From NCBI GenBank assembly GCA_951406725.2, contig OX597832.1, positions 38,316,001 to 38,380,000 of the forward strand: a stretch of 64,000 nucleotides of DNA, written 5' to 3'. Shown piece by piece: positions 13,430 to 27,061 of this stretch. Made by a program: the position numbers and the translations under genes. The stretch's first letter is position 1, and each line of letters starts with the position of its first letter. This DNA is from Octopus vulgaris (Eukaryota). The notes beneath the pieces are model-generated. The model did not search any database and was not told the origin of the DNA. It saw only the letters and a program-made list of their open reading frames with translations.

Positions 13430-14270
13430 TATAAATCAACGATCGGAAATCCAAGATGTTTGAGGCAAAGACCCATAAAGGGTTTCGAAAGCAAAAATGT
13501 TAAAATGTTAAAATAATAATAATGCACCCAGTTGGCTTAAAATATCTTACGTAAAAACCCCTCGACATGCTAAGTTAGTTATTATAGAGATGGTGGGTTC
13601 TATAACTTGGACCGTTTACGAATAAACCAGTCTTAGAAAATCGTTTATTGGCAGGAATTTAAGAATTACGATTGATACTCAGTTTAGCTAACTGTTTAGA
13701 CACCATCTTAAATTTAGATAGAAATAAATCTTATGTTTATCGAAAGATTAATGAAAAAATTATATTAAAAAATTATATTAATTTAAATTCCAATCACCCG
13801 ACTAATATTCTATGAAGTTTAACTCTTAATATTAGTAAAGATGTGTCTTTATCATCCACTGACGAAACTACTTTTATTAATGTTCTCATAATCGTATTGA
13901 GGCCATTCGCAAAAGTTGTTTCTCACAGCAAACATTTATTTCAGAATAATTCAATATCCAGTTTAAATTTAAGAAAAAATATTAGCAATTAATTTCTTAA
14001 ATTTAATCTCTTTTCATTGTCCTACGACTCATAGGTGTAGGATTTTAATCAAAACTCGATTAAAAGTAGCTAGACTTGGAAAATATAGTAACCATTTCTT
14101 TTCAGAAAGCAAATGCAGTCTATTCCTATCTTGTGAGTATTGTTGCAAAAATGTATATCTTCGTAAGTACTAGCTTATGTTATTAAAGTGCATCTAGATA
14201 CTAGAAGTGCGTTCAAATCTCATACCGCTATAAATCAATTCAAGACGCGCTTTTCGTAACATAATTCTTT
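13430..14270 (+). mobile_element. Heavily degraded Penelope-like element (RT, possible GIY-YIG remnant)
   Basis: Peptides YYRDGG (cf. YRDDG), LRITIDT, NCLDTILNL (cf. NFLDVTLNL), YINLNSNHP and FKTRFS*HNSF. Confidence 0.65.
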
Positions 14271-14844
14271 TTCTAGAAAAGTATTTTGGCAACATTTTCC
14301 CGAATATAAATCGTTCTTGAAAGCATTTTTTTCAGTTGCGTTTAAAGTATAACAAAGGTTTATCCCTAAACATGTACCTTTATGTAAGGAGAGCACCATT
14401 CCACCCCAAATTATGTTGCAAGCTGTGTATAACTGAGAAGATTTTTCATTTTAATCCAAGACACGCATAACACCAGTTCAAAGTGGTCTCGGTCACTGAA
14501 TTCCTGAATGCACACACCTAAATACTAATTATGCTATTGATTACCTCACAGTGATTAATCTTTCTGATTTTCCTGATCAATTTAGTTCTACACAACCATT
14601 ATTCGATTATGTACTTAAATTGTTTTCGGGTACTTTTCATTTTGACTTTCCCTTTTTACATTTTACTTATTTCCATTGCACGATTACAGCCTTATTTGTC
14701 GTTTGGTATTTTCTTTTTCTTCCATCACACTTCATAAATATTCTTTTTATTTTGTCAGCTGTCGTCCCATTTTGTTTACAATCGTTTACTTATGCAAGTC
14801 CAGGCATCGCTGTGTGGTCTCGGTTTGCAATTGCGTGGTTTGCA

Positions 14845-15165
14845 ATTTCGTGGGTTCAATTCTACTACGATGTACGTTGGACACGTGCTATCTGCTATAC
14901 CTTCGAGCCAACTAATGTCTTTCTGAGTGGATTTATTTGACGGAAACTGTGTGGAATCTCGCCATATATATATTATGTGTGTATGTTTGTGTTTGTGTTT
15001 CCCGTCACACAACGCTTCACAACCGACTTTGGTTTGTTTACATCCCCTTAAACTAGCATTTCGACTAAAGAAAACCCACAGGATAAATAGAAGATTTAAA
15101 AAAGTGATGGAGTCGAGTTGTTCGACTATCTTCTCAAGAAGATGCCCCATAGGAGATGACAAAAC
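14845..15165 (+). mobile_element. Old SINE-B copy
   Basis: gagtggattt..gacggaaactg..acaaccgactttggtttgtttacatcccc..ttcgacta. Confidence 0.65.
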
Positions 15166-15196
15166 ATAAACACACACACGCGAGCACACACACGCG

Positions 15197-15254
<58 letters not shown>

Positions 15255-15692
15255 CATATGTGCGTGTGTATTTGTGACATGTGCATGTGCGCGCGTGTGT
15301 GTATATAAGCACAAATATACGCATCGTTTACATTCTCATCAATTCTTTTTCCTGTATCATCTACTTTTCCCTGTCAAATCTACATCGCAATCTCTTTGTA
15401 TACTAGAACTGCAGTGAGAAGCATTAAGTTGCTTCAGTCTTATCCGATCGGAACTCCAGTTATTCAAGAGATTTCAATGCATGATTTTAAATATCTCACT
15501 TGTAGATTCGAAACGAAAATCACGGAGTGATTAACCGTATGCGTTTCAAGGCGCAATATATTTCACACTGTATGTATGTATGCATGTATGCATATGTATG
15601 TATGCATGTATGCATGTATGCATGTATGTATACATATATGTATATATATTACATGGAAAAATACGAGCAAGAGAAATAATATTCTTAAGATT

Positions 15693-16490
15693 ATAAACCT
15701 GGAAAATTACAGGACAAGATATTACATGTGGAAACGTTCAGGACAGCTTGTTATATCTGGTAAAGTACAGAAGAAGAAAATTTTTTACTTAAAATATTAT
15801 AGTTAAAGATTAAATTTCTATTTAAATATTTAGATTTAGAAAATGTTAACTTTTATTAAAACTAAAAATTTTATTACAAGTTATTACTTCTTTCTGTTAC
15901 TACTTGTTAATTCTATTAAAAATTAAAAAATAACTCAAAATATTTTTTGCACTTTAAAAATATCCATTTAAAAAAATTTTAATTAATTAGAAATTTGAAA
16001 ATAGGCTATAAAAAATAATAGTAGTACAAAATTAGTATGTACAATAATAGAATAATACAAAAACTAATCATATATTACAGTAAAATCTACCTATAACAGC
16101 AAATCCACAGTAAAACTTGCTTGAGTTCTTGCCTAAGTTATTGCCAAGTCTTCACATTTTTAGTCTTGACCCTATTTTTTAAATAATGAATTTGCCTACT
16201 ATATATATTATTCTACTTTGCATAAACTTTTACCTATATTGGTATTTCTGGCTCTCAGTTTTTAAGTGTTCTATTTTGTTAATATTTTAACAAAATGATG
16301 GTACCTTTATTAATTATAATGTTACTTTATAAATTAAAATCAAATAATTTTTAATATTCAAATTTTATCCTTAGCTGCAATATTTTAAATAAAATTTTTC
16401 TTCCGTACTTTACTAGATGTAATAAGTTGTCTTGAACTTTTCCAAGTGTAATAACTTGTCCTGATGTAATCCATGTATTTTCCAGGCTAT
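15693..16490. mobile_element. ~800-bp foldback/MITE-like element with long imperfect TIRs
   Basis: cctggaaaat..caggacaagatattaca..ttcaggacagcttgttatatctggtaaagtacagaag..taaaatatt is mirrored at ~16360-16486. AT-rich non-coding interior. Confidence 0.82.
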
Positions 16491-17178
16491 GCTATCATGC
16501 TAATTAATAATGTATGAAATGTGTCACGTACCGGTGTCGGTGATAATATTTTTACTTATCTCAATGATACCGGTGTCATATATTAAAAGTCCCCTTATAG
16601 AACTATATTCCTAAAAAAGGTATGGAACTATACTATCACCCATAAATTTGAGAAACAAATACTATTAACATTTTCTGTTAAAACGACTTTGCATGAAATT
16701 TCTCGAATTGATCTCTATCATTTAACCTTAATTAAAATATAGTTTGTTTTTAAAATAAAAAAACAATTATACTTAAATCCAATTTTTTATCTTATATCTT
16801 TTCATGATATTTTACCTCACAAATTTTTGATACAAGTTTTTGTTGCATGGAACCATTTTATGAAACTCTTCAAGCTATCTTCTATCATTGAAGCTAAGAT
16901 AAATATATTTCGATTTTAAAATAAAAAAATTTCGATTTAAACTTGATTGGTGGTGTTACTTACTCTTCTATAACGATGCTACAAATTTTGATGCAAACTT
17001 TTTTCTACTGAATCAAATCACAATTTTCTATGCCAAAATATAGCTAGGGACCAGTCCTCGTCAAAAATGTCAACAGTTTTCAATTTGGCTAAGAACTGAA
17101 TTAGCGATAAGATCCGAAGCTACTACAAGTGAGCAAATTGCGGCCTTAAGAATATTATTCAACTACTACCGCGGTTGA

Positions 17179-17235
<57 letters not shown>

Positions 17236-18453
17236 TATATAAAAAGAAAGAGAGAGATGTATGAACATATACGTATGCATATGTATATAAATATATATAT
17301 ATATGAGCATTTATATATGTGTGTGTGTTTGTGTGCGTATTCGTGCGTGCATGCAAACGTACGTATCTAAATGTTCCGACACACACACACACACATACAC
17401 ACACAGAGTCACACACAACAGGTGTGTTACCTGGACACACAGACATGCCATACATCTATCTGAATATGTTTTAACTTCATTAGATTCTCGTTATAGTCAC
17501 TTCTTGATTTCCATAAAACCTATTTCATTATTCAAATGAGACATTGAATACGGTGAAAGCTATATATACTAACCTTCCCACATGCAAAAACACACACACA
17601 CTCATACACACACTCACATACGCAGAGACACACAAATTCACGCAGATACTCTGACACACACAAAACACGATAGGAAAGCATTCATACACATGTATATAGA
17701 CATATAAATACATTTATAAGCAAGGCGTATGTATATATATATAGATATTTGCAGATATATGTGTATGAGTGTGTATACATCCATTTATGCATATATGTGT
17801 GTGTGTGCATGTGTTTGTATATATATATATATATATATAAATATATACATATATATGTATTTATTTCTATGTATGTATATATATATTACAACGCAACAGA
17901 TATATTTAAAACCATATATGAATATATATATGTATATTTGTGTATGTGTATTTGTACATGCAAATATGTGTATTGGGGTATATGTATCGACATATATATA
18001 TAACTACATTTATAAGCAAGGCGTGTATATATGTATGTGTGTGTGTGTCTGTATATATAGATGTATATGTTCATACATATACATCTATACACATATTTGC
18101 ACATATTCATATATGGTTTTATATACATATTTGTTGGGTTGTAATATAAATATATACATACATAGAAATAAATATATATGTATACATATTCACACACACA
18201 CATATATATAAATGTATATATACATACTCATACACATATATATCTGCAAATACATACATATATATATATATATATAGTCTAACATACTCATGTACTTACA
18301 TCTATAGACATTTGCATGCATACATACATGCATATGTATATATACACATACATATATGCATACATACATACACATTCATACACAATCACCGCCACAAACG
18401 CGCATGCACACCGATGTACATACAGCTCATAGAGGAGGACACAGTCACAGATG

Positions 18454-18496
<43 letters not shown>

Positions 18497-18789
18497 CCAC
18501 TCGCTCTCACACTCACCATCTTTTCTACAAATTTTGTATTTGCACCTCTCTTACTGCATTTCATTTTCACACACTCTCTTTCTTTCTCACTCTTTCCCAC
18601 TCTCTCTTTCTCTGTCTGTCTTTCTATATCTCTCTCATGCACCCTCTCTCACAAACTCACTCCTCCATTTCGACTAAGGTTTTCGTGTGCCTCTCTTACT
18701 CCATCTTGCTCAAACCTTTCATCACTCTCACTGAAGTCACATTGAGGCCTAAATAAAGAGTGAAAGCGATGATGTAAGAAGAAAAACAC

Positions 18790-18910
18790 TCCACCGATTT
18801 CGACTTAGCCATTCATTCTATCGTGGTCAATAAAAATGTGTACCAGCTGAGCAGTGTGGTCGTTGTTAACGACTAGCTCCCTTCCTCAAAATTGCTGGCC
18901 TTGTGCCAAA

Positions 18911-18979
<69 letters not shown>

Positions 18980-19190
18980 GTTACAAGGCGGGGAGCTGGC
19001 AGAATCTTTAGCACACCAGGCGAAATGCTTAACAGTGTTTCGTCCATCTTCACGTTCTGAGTTCAAATTCCGCCGAGGACAACTTTGCTTTACCTCTTTT
19101 TGGGCTCGATAAAATAAGTACCAGTTGTACACTGGTTCGATGTAATCGACACATCCCCTTCCCCAAAAATTGCTGCCCCTTTGACAAAAT
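18790..19190 (+). mobile_element. Two SINE-A copies (3' fragment, then full copy at 18985-19190) separated by (TTA)n
   Basis: aggcggggagctggcagaa..gagttcaaattcc (B-box)..ttgacaaaat. Confidence 0.85.
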
Positions 19191-19243
19191 TATTATTATT
19201 ATTATTATTATTATTAGTCGTCATCGTCGTCGTCGTCGTCGTC

Positions 19244-19275
<32 letters not shown>

Positions 19276-19536
19276 TGTCATCATCGTCGTTCTTGTTGCT
19301 GTTGAACGCACTGATATGCCTAAACATTTTTACTTAAAGAGAAATATAGATCTCTACATATATCTCTACATAGTTCAGGTAGATAGGTATGCATGTAGGT
19401 AGACTGAAAAGCACACCTACACACACAGGTGCCAATATAGAGATACATTGACCGATTGATTGATTGATTGATAGGAAAAGTGTAGCCGAAAAGAGTCTGG
19501 CGAACAGCTAGGGAAAGAAAGAAAAACTAAGAGATG

Positions 19537-19621
<85 letters not shown>

Positions 19622-19639
19622 GTGTATGTATGTATTCAT

Positions 19640-19865
19640 GGATGTTTGTCTGTGCTTGTTCCCCCTGGCATCGCTCTAAAACGGATGCTGGTATGTTTAT
19701 GTCCCCGTAATTTAGCGGTTCGGGCTAAGAAACCGATACAATAAGTACTAAGCTTACAAAGAATTAGTCCTGGGGCCGACTTCGTCGACTAAGGGTGGTG
19801 ATTCAGCATGGTCGCAGTCAAAATCACACACACACACCCATACACACACACACACACACACACAA

Positions 19866-19910
<45 letters not shown>

Positions 19911-20074
19911 CGACGGGCTTCTTTCATTTTCCGTCTATCAAATTCACCGACAAAGCTTTGGTCGGCCCGGGGCTATAGAAGAAGACAACGGCCTAAGGTG
20001 TCACGCAGTGGGACTGAACCCGGAATCATGTAGTTGGGAAGGAAGCTGCTTACCACACGGCCACGCCTGCGCCT
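19640..20074. mobile_element. SINE-B halves in opposite orientation
   Basis: 3' half on + at 19640-19822 and 5' half on - at 19911-20074, separated by (CA)n(TA)n. Confidence 0.8.
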
Positions 20075-20092
20075 ATTTCATATATATATACA

Positions 20093-20134
<42 letters not shown>

Positions 20135-20139
20135 TAGCT

Positions 20140-20204
<65 letters not shown>

Positions 20205-20547
20205 GTAGATAGATATATTAGTTTTCACGTTTATCATGTATATCATGGATAAATATTGTGTATTACGATGGATAAATATGTTGTGTATCTAGGCCTACAC
20301 TTAATTATACCTCCTGCAGCTACATATATGCAAATATACACCATGCAAAAACAAATATATACAATTAACTTTGATATGATTGCTAGGAATAGATGTTGTA
20401 TGACAGTCTAAATGTGCAGACAAACAATTAGACACACACATTTCTACATATATATATTGGCAACCAGACGTAGAGACAAAAAATAGCAAGACAAACATGG
20501 TTACTTAATGAATATGCTCTTATGTATACATGTGTGTATCTATCTAC

Positions 20548-20616
<69 letters not shown>

Positions 20617-20676
20617 GATCGATCGATCTATCTATCTATCTCTCTTCCCACACATATATAATAATAATAATAATAA

Positions 20677-20707
<31 letters not shown>

Positions 20708-20743
20708 AAGAACAACAACAACAACAATAACAATAATAATAAA

Positions 20744-20804
<61 letters not shown>

Positions 20805-21499
20805 GGGAGTATAACTCCAAACTTAGAAGGAAAAATTTAGTATTAAATCAAATTTCACAATATATATATATATAGAGAGAGAGAGACAGAGAGAGAGACA
20901 GAGACAGACAGACAGACGGAGGGAGAGAGAGGGAGAAAGGAGGAGAGAGAGCAATGGGTAGGTTGGTAGATTGATAGAAAGATAAACTGTTAGATATAGG
21001 TAAACTCATATAGATTTATGCATTTATGCATATATGTACACCTGTCCCTCGTGTGTGTGTGTGTGCTTGTGTGGATGTGCATGTGTGTGTGTGTGTATAT
21101 GTGTCTGATTGTGTGCGTATGTACATACTGTTAGTCGTTAACATATGATGTACCACATGTTTTGGCGTAAAGATTCTTGGCCATTTTTGAAACCAACGGA
21201 AGATCATGAAGTTCTTACGATCTCGAGTGCATAGCACTTTGCATTAATTCACTTCTTGATGATACCATTCGGGTGGAGAGACAGACTGAAGTGTAGTGCA
21301 AGTTATATTAGACCTGAAATACTGCACAAGCTTTACTCTTTTTAGTGAAAAATGGTCCTTATTTCATATGAAAGCTCAATCATAAATTACTTATGGGTGT
21401 ATGTAGTCCGTATGTATGTATATGTCTGTGTGTGTATGCATGTACCTATGTATGATTGTATATATGCGTGTCTGTCTGCATATGTGCTTGTATGTATGT

Positions 21500-21614
21500 G
21501 TGCATGTGTGTATGTATGTATGTATGTATGTATGTATGTATGTATGTATGTATGTATGTATGTATGTATGTATGATGTATGTATGTATATATGTATGTAT
21601 GTATGTATGTATGT

Positions 21615-21651
<37 letters not shown>

Positions 21652-21710
21652 TGTATGTATGTATGTATGATGTATGTATGTATATATGTATGTATGTATG
21701 TATGTATGTT

Positions 21711-21744
<34 letters not shown>

Positions 21745-21762
21745 TGTATGTATGTATGTATG
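21500..21762. repeat. (TATG)n microsatellite with an internal ~96-bp higher-order duplication
   Basis: Interruption pattern tatgatgt..tatatgt..gtttatatat occurs twice. Confidence 0.9.
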
Positions 21763-22263
21763 CAGGTATTATGTATCAAAACAGAAAGACATGAAAAAAT
21801 TTGAAATATTTGAAAAAATTATTTTTGAAAATATTTTCTCAAAATAATTTTTAAAATATGCCAAATTTTCCCAGTTTCCTGTTTTAAATACTCTGCAAAC
21901 TGAATTCACCAAAATTTTCAATTGCTATGTTTTTCAAATTTAAGCTAAAAGACGTGCACATGTGCTCCACGAGCACATTGCTTGGCTTACAAGCTCTTGT
22001 ATCTAGCTATTATGAAAATACATAATACCTGAATGTAAGGGAATACAACAGTCCACACGACAAGCTTCTGTGCAACTTTTCACCTGCCAGTTTCATTCAA
22101 GATATGTAGATTGACTGGAGGCTGACAAAGAATATATCTAACCTAAATGCACCACATAGAAGGATCGAGCCCGGGCCCTCGCGGAAGGGAGCTTCTTAAA
22201 CTTTAAATCAAAACAAAGCCCAATATGTATGTATATATATATATACACACATATATACACACA

Positions 22264-22357
<94 letters not shown>

Positions 22358-23019
22358 CGTATATATCTCCATACACACATACATACACATGTATATATAT
22401 CCATACACGCGCACACACACATATGTACATGTATGTATATATATATATATATATATATATAGTGTGTGTGTGTGTGTGTGTGTGTGTGCACAAACACATA
22501 TTATGTCCCTGCACGCCTCGTCTTTGTTATTTTCATAAGTTATTGCTAACTTAAAACATCTCCAGTAACCGACTCCACAAGAGCTCACCGCCAAACAGCT
22601 TCACTTTTCTGTATCTTCTTTCACAGAAAAAAAATAGTTTTCTTTTTTCAAGGGACGGGTGTCTAGCCATGTTTGCATACTGTACATACAAACTACCCGC
22701 TCCCCTACACACATTTATATATATATATATGTGTGTGTGTGTGTCTGCAGAGGTGTATATGTGTGTGTATGTGTGCTTTTATGCATTTTGTTCACGTACG
22801 TATATAGTTATGTATGTATATATGTATGTATGGCACCTCGCATCCGAAGGTACAATTCCTAGTGGTTTGGGTACTTGACTCATTGTCGTGCTTTTGTGGC
22901 GCTTTGTGGCCCGGAGGGAGTCTCTTTATTTCATACTGTTTCTCTGTTCGCAGATGAAAATGTGCAACGGCTTTGTACTTGCGTAGCTCTTTCTCTTTCC
23001 ATTTGTCACATGCTCGGGT

Positions 23020-23850
23020 TTTCAATTATCAGTCGAAGAATTGGCAATAAAGCTTAGTTCAAACCATACAACTGTTCATCGTTATCTTCGACAACTTGGA
23101 AAGTTTCCTAAACTTGGAAATGGCTCCCTCGTGAATTGTCCGAAAGCAGCCGCAAATCCCGAGTTGACATCTGCTCTTCTCTCCATTCTGGTGAACTCAT
23201 TTCACCCTTTTTCGATAGACTCGTGACTGGTGACGAAAAATGGATCTTCTATCGAAATTTTAAACATCGTAAATAGTGTCTTGGTAAAAGGGAAAAACTC
23301 AACCACAACCGAGAAGGAAACTTCATAGAAAAAAGGTTCTTCTCTCTATCTGGGGGGATTGCAAAGGAGTAATTCACTTTGAAGTCCTAATGCAACAATC
23401 AATGCTCAAGTCTACTGTCAGCAATTAGAGCATTTGAACGAGGATTTGAAGAAAAAAAGACCCGCTATAGTGAATCGAAAATGAGTGATGTTTCACCAGG
23501 ACAATGCGTGACCTCACACTGCAAAGAAGATCGAAGAGCTTGGTTGAGAAAAAATTCCTCATCCACCTTATTCTCCCGACCTTGCTCCTTCAGACTACCA
23601 TTTTGTTTCGTAGTTTACAGAATCATGTGGGGGACATAACTTTCGCAAGCCAGGAGGAGGTCGAAACTGACATTTCAGAGTTCTTCTCTTTGAAACCAAA
23701 AGAGTTTTACATTGATGGGATTAAAAAGCTTGTAAATAGATGGAAGGAAGTCATAGATAATCAGGGAAAGTACATTGATGATTAAATTTCAATTAAATAT
23801 AACATTTGATCACTTGTTTTTCTTTATTCAAAATTCGGACAGAACTTATA
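23020..23850 (+). mobile_element. 5'-truncated mariner (D,D34D) transposase pseudogene with probable right TIR
   Basis: WLPREL (cf. WVPHEL), VTGDEKW, HQDNA*PH, HPPYSPDLAPSDYH, and C-terminus RWKEVIDNQGKYIDD*. Contains stops and frameshifts. Confidence 0.93.
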
Positions 23851-23851
23851 A

Positions 23852-24020
23852 ATTTGGTGGGAGGGGGCTAGACGATTTCATCGACCCCAGTACTCAACTG
23901 GTGCTTATTCTATCGAGGCAAGGTCGACCTCAGCGGAATTTGAAGTCAGAACATTAAGACAGACGAAATGCCGCCAAGCATTTTGCCCGACGTGCTAATG
24001 ATCCTGCAAGCTCGCCACCC
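23852..24020 (-). mobile_element. SINE-A copy
   Basis: atcgaccccagtactcaactggt..gtcgacctcagcggaatttgaag..gctcgccacc. Confidence 0.85.
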
Positions 24021-24052
24021 TAATAATAATAGTGATGATGATGATGATGATG

Positions 24053-24101
<49 letters not shown>

Positions 24102-24112
24102 TAATAATAATA

Positions 24113-24169
24113 GGGCTTCGAATATTTTACCCCAGTGTCACTTTGATGGCATGAACTGCTCTCTCACTC
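24113..24169 (+). mobile_element. 57-bp 3' stub of the 560-bp TAA-associated element
   Basis: Near-identical to the reverse complement of ~39275-39332; (AAT)n on both sides. Confidence 0.88.
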
Positions 24170-24208
<39 letters not shown>

Positions 24209-24844
24209 TTTCTCAATGAAAAAGAACCTCTATCCCGCTACTACGACTAAGAATGAGCTTATGTTACACGTAATTACCTATTTGCAGTTAGTCGGAAAAG
24301 ATAATCGCAAAACTAAGTACTATAACCATAGATATTTAATATCAGCAGTAACGAGATACGAACCAGTGACCAACATAGTTAGATGAGCACTTAACAAATG
24401 CCTCATACTGAGAAGCACCTTTAGTCTTCACGGCATAACTGTCTGTGACGTTAAAACTGCAGGGAGTTTCATGGCATTTACATTCCGCTCACATTTTCTT
24501 AATGCAAATATATAACTGAAAACTTAATACATGCGACTAAAGTTTAAGTAAACTATTATAAACTCAATGCTTAATGTTAGATTAGGAAAACACGAAGAAT
24601 TACTCTGAAGAATTACAGCTAATCATATTTTCTTTCGACAGAACTAAGCAGTGTTTAGTGATGTAAACTTGTTCTTCCGCAGTTTACATTATAGCACGAG
24701 ATATTTTGGAGTTCCATCAACACAAAATGGTCACTACTAATGCTTCGCGCTCATTTCTTACTTCTGGAAACAACATGGGGCTACGTAGCTAATTGAGTAA
24801 CAGTATACTTACACTTAAAACAACTGATGTATATATACGTGTAC

Positions 24845-24908
<64 letters not shown>

Positions 24909-25032
24909 ATGTGTGTGTGAGTGTGTATATGTATGTATATATATATGTATATATATATGCATGTATTTATGTGTGAGCATATATATACATATATATGTGT
25001 GTGTGTGTGTGTGTATATATATATACTGTATG

Positions 25033-25081
<49 letters not shown>

Positions 25082-25151
25082 TAAAGTGGCAGTGGCTAGA
25101 TGATAAGATATGAATGATAAACTTTAATAAAAATCAACAAAAAGAAAAAAA

Positions 25152-25195
<44 letters not shown>

Positions 25196-25711
25196 GTTGG
25201 GAACAAACATTCAGAGATTTAATCTTGAAAGAAGGCCAATGATAGGACAATAATGTGGGCAAGGGAAGTTGATGCCAACTGAATTCCTCATAAACACCGA
25301 AATCCATGGAATATTTTTAAGTGTTCTGTACCTCGATCTTTTATATTTTGTCAGTCAGTTTAAAGTGGAGGTAATGTCGTGGAGGAGGAGGTGTCGTACA
25401 GATGTTGTGATGTAGTGATGTCTTGAAGTTAGTATCGTGGTGGTGGTGATGGTAGTGGTGGTGGTGGTGGTGGTGGTGGTAGGGCTCTTTGTATCTGCCG
25501 GGATAATCTTCACTACGTATCTTTCCAATGGTTTTATTAGCCGTTTTGCCAATATTCTTCACTTTCAGTTGTCTTTAACTCATGATCTTGAACCGTGTTG
25601 TTGCTCTCTAACATTTCGATGAGTCGAATTTTCATGTTTCGACCGGGGCTCCAGCCATACACATCCCGTCTTTCATTCTGATGTGTTATATATCCAGAAC
25701 TAAATTATACC

Positions 25712-25946
25712 TATTTTTTTTACTACCCACAAGGGGCTAAACACAGAGAGGACAAACAAGGACAGACAAACGGATTAAGTCAATTATATCGACCCCAGTG
25801 CGTAACTGGTACTTAATCTATCGATCACCGAAAGGATGAAAGGCAAAGTCGACCTCGGCGGAATTTGAACTCAGAACGTAACGGCAGACGAAATACGTCT
25901 ACGCATTTCGCCCGGCGTGCTAACGTTTCTGCCAGCTCGCCGCCTT
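25712..25946 (-). mobile_element. Young full-length SINE-A with 17-bp TSD
   Basis: TSD cagaactaaattatacc (25695-25711) / caggactaagttatacc (25947-25963). tRNA-like head with B-box GAGTTCAAATTCC. Appears inserted in an older SINE-C. Confidence 0.93.
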
Positions 25947-26263
25947 CAGGACTAAGTTATACCGTTAATGGTTTCTCTATTTCTATGACGGTGGAGTAAA
26001 CTTCCATAGTGACCTCTGCACCTTGAACTGGGCGAGACTCATACAATCAATCACGACTCATGTATTCCTGACCCATTCTTTTCTATCTTCTTTTCATTGC
26101 CCTTTATTACGTCACCATGGCTCCCGCCTTGGCATTAATTAATATGCCCAGTCATTGCTGCCTGGTAAATAGGCTTTCTGGAATTTTCCTCCTTGTATTT
26201 CTTGCACGTGTTGATTTACAAAAGTTCAAGAGGAACAATAATAGCACCACTACCGCCAACTTC

Positions 26264-26302
26264 AGAGGGCTCGCAAAGATGGCTCGCAAGGAGGGCTCGC
26301 AA
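26264..26302 (+). repeat. 13-bp tandem repeat x3
   Basis: agagggctcgcaa agatggctcgcaa ggagggctcgcaa. Confidence 0.85.
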
Positions 26303-26447
26303 GTCAAGGTCACTAAACTAACTCTTTCATGAAACCCAGCAAATGAATAAAAATTAAGTAACTGTATAGAAATCATACACAACGGTTCAAGGGGTCCCTG
26401 TTGATGGCAGTCGTCACAGTATTTGAACAAGACATGATTCTGTTATT

Positions 26448-26625
26448 GCCGTTGTTTAACCCCAACTTAAGGGTGTTTAAACACGTTACTTTTTTGATCA
26501 TCTTATATTTTCGGACGTAATCTAGGACTTCTTATACAATATTTCTTTTTAATACGACAGCGTGTGATTTAAGTGATTATTGGTTGCTATTTCTAGAAAT
26601 ATGGCGACCATGAAGAGGGCCCTTC
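26448..26625 (-). mobile_element. Old SINE-C-like repeat (related pieces at ~13290-13345 +, 33560-33750 -, 52165-52390 +)
   Basis: Shared motif tagaaatagcaaccaa and (caa)n-type tail. Confidence 0.55.
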
Positions 26626-26839
26626 TTTAATTTCATAATTCTAGTGTGAGTTATAAAAGAGCTAGTTTTTGGTAGGTTCAGATTAACCTATTTTTGCAAC
26701 ACACCCTTGGTATCATATGGCGCTGATACAGTAAAGACCTAAGGGAACGTAATATACCACAGAGCCTTGGTATCTATGATTTTGATACTGGTTATCCCGA
26801 GGCGAAGTCTTTATTCCACTGATACGTGGTATCTGCTGT

Positions 26840-27061
26840 ATAAAGGCGGCGAGCTGGCAGAAAAATTAGCACGCCGGGCGAAATGCGTAGCCGTATTTCG
26901 TCTGCCGCTACGTTCTGAGTTCAAATTCCGCCGAGATCGACTTTGCCTTTCATCCTTTCGGAGTCGATAAATTAAGTACCAGTTACGCACTGGGGTCGAT
27001 ATAATCGACTTAATCCGTTTGTCCTCTCTGTGTTTAGCCCCTTGTGGGTAGTAAAGAAATA
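26840..27061 (+). mobile_element. Young full-length SINE-A with 12-bp TSD
   Basis: TSD ggtatctgctgt at 26828-26839 and 27062-27073. Box-A-like agctggcagaa and B-box gagttcaaattcc. Central gcctttcatcctttcgg..gtcgataaattaagtacc resembles the Meta/MESC SINE core. Confidence 0.93.

Noticed and set aside
25625-25680. Hammerhead-like ..ccggtcgaaacatg on the minus strand
   Set aside because: No CTGAnGA core; the sequence overlaps an old SINE-C remnant.
25712-27061. One composite transposon with ~230-bp TIRs
   Set aside because: Each arm is a SINE with its own TSD.
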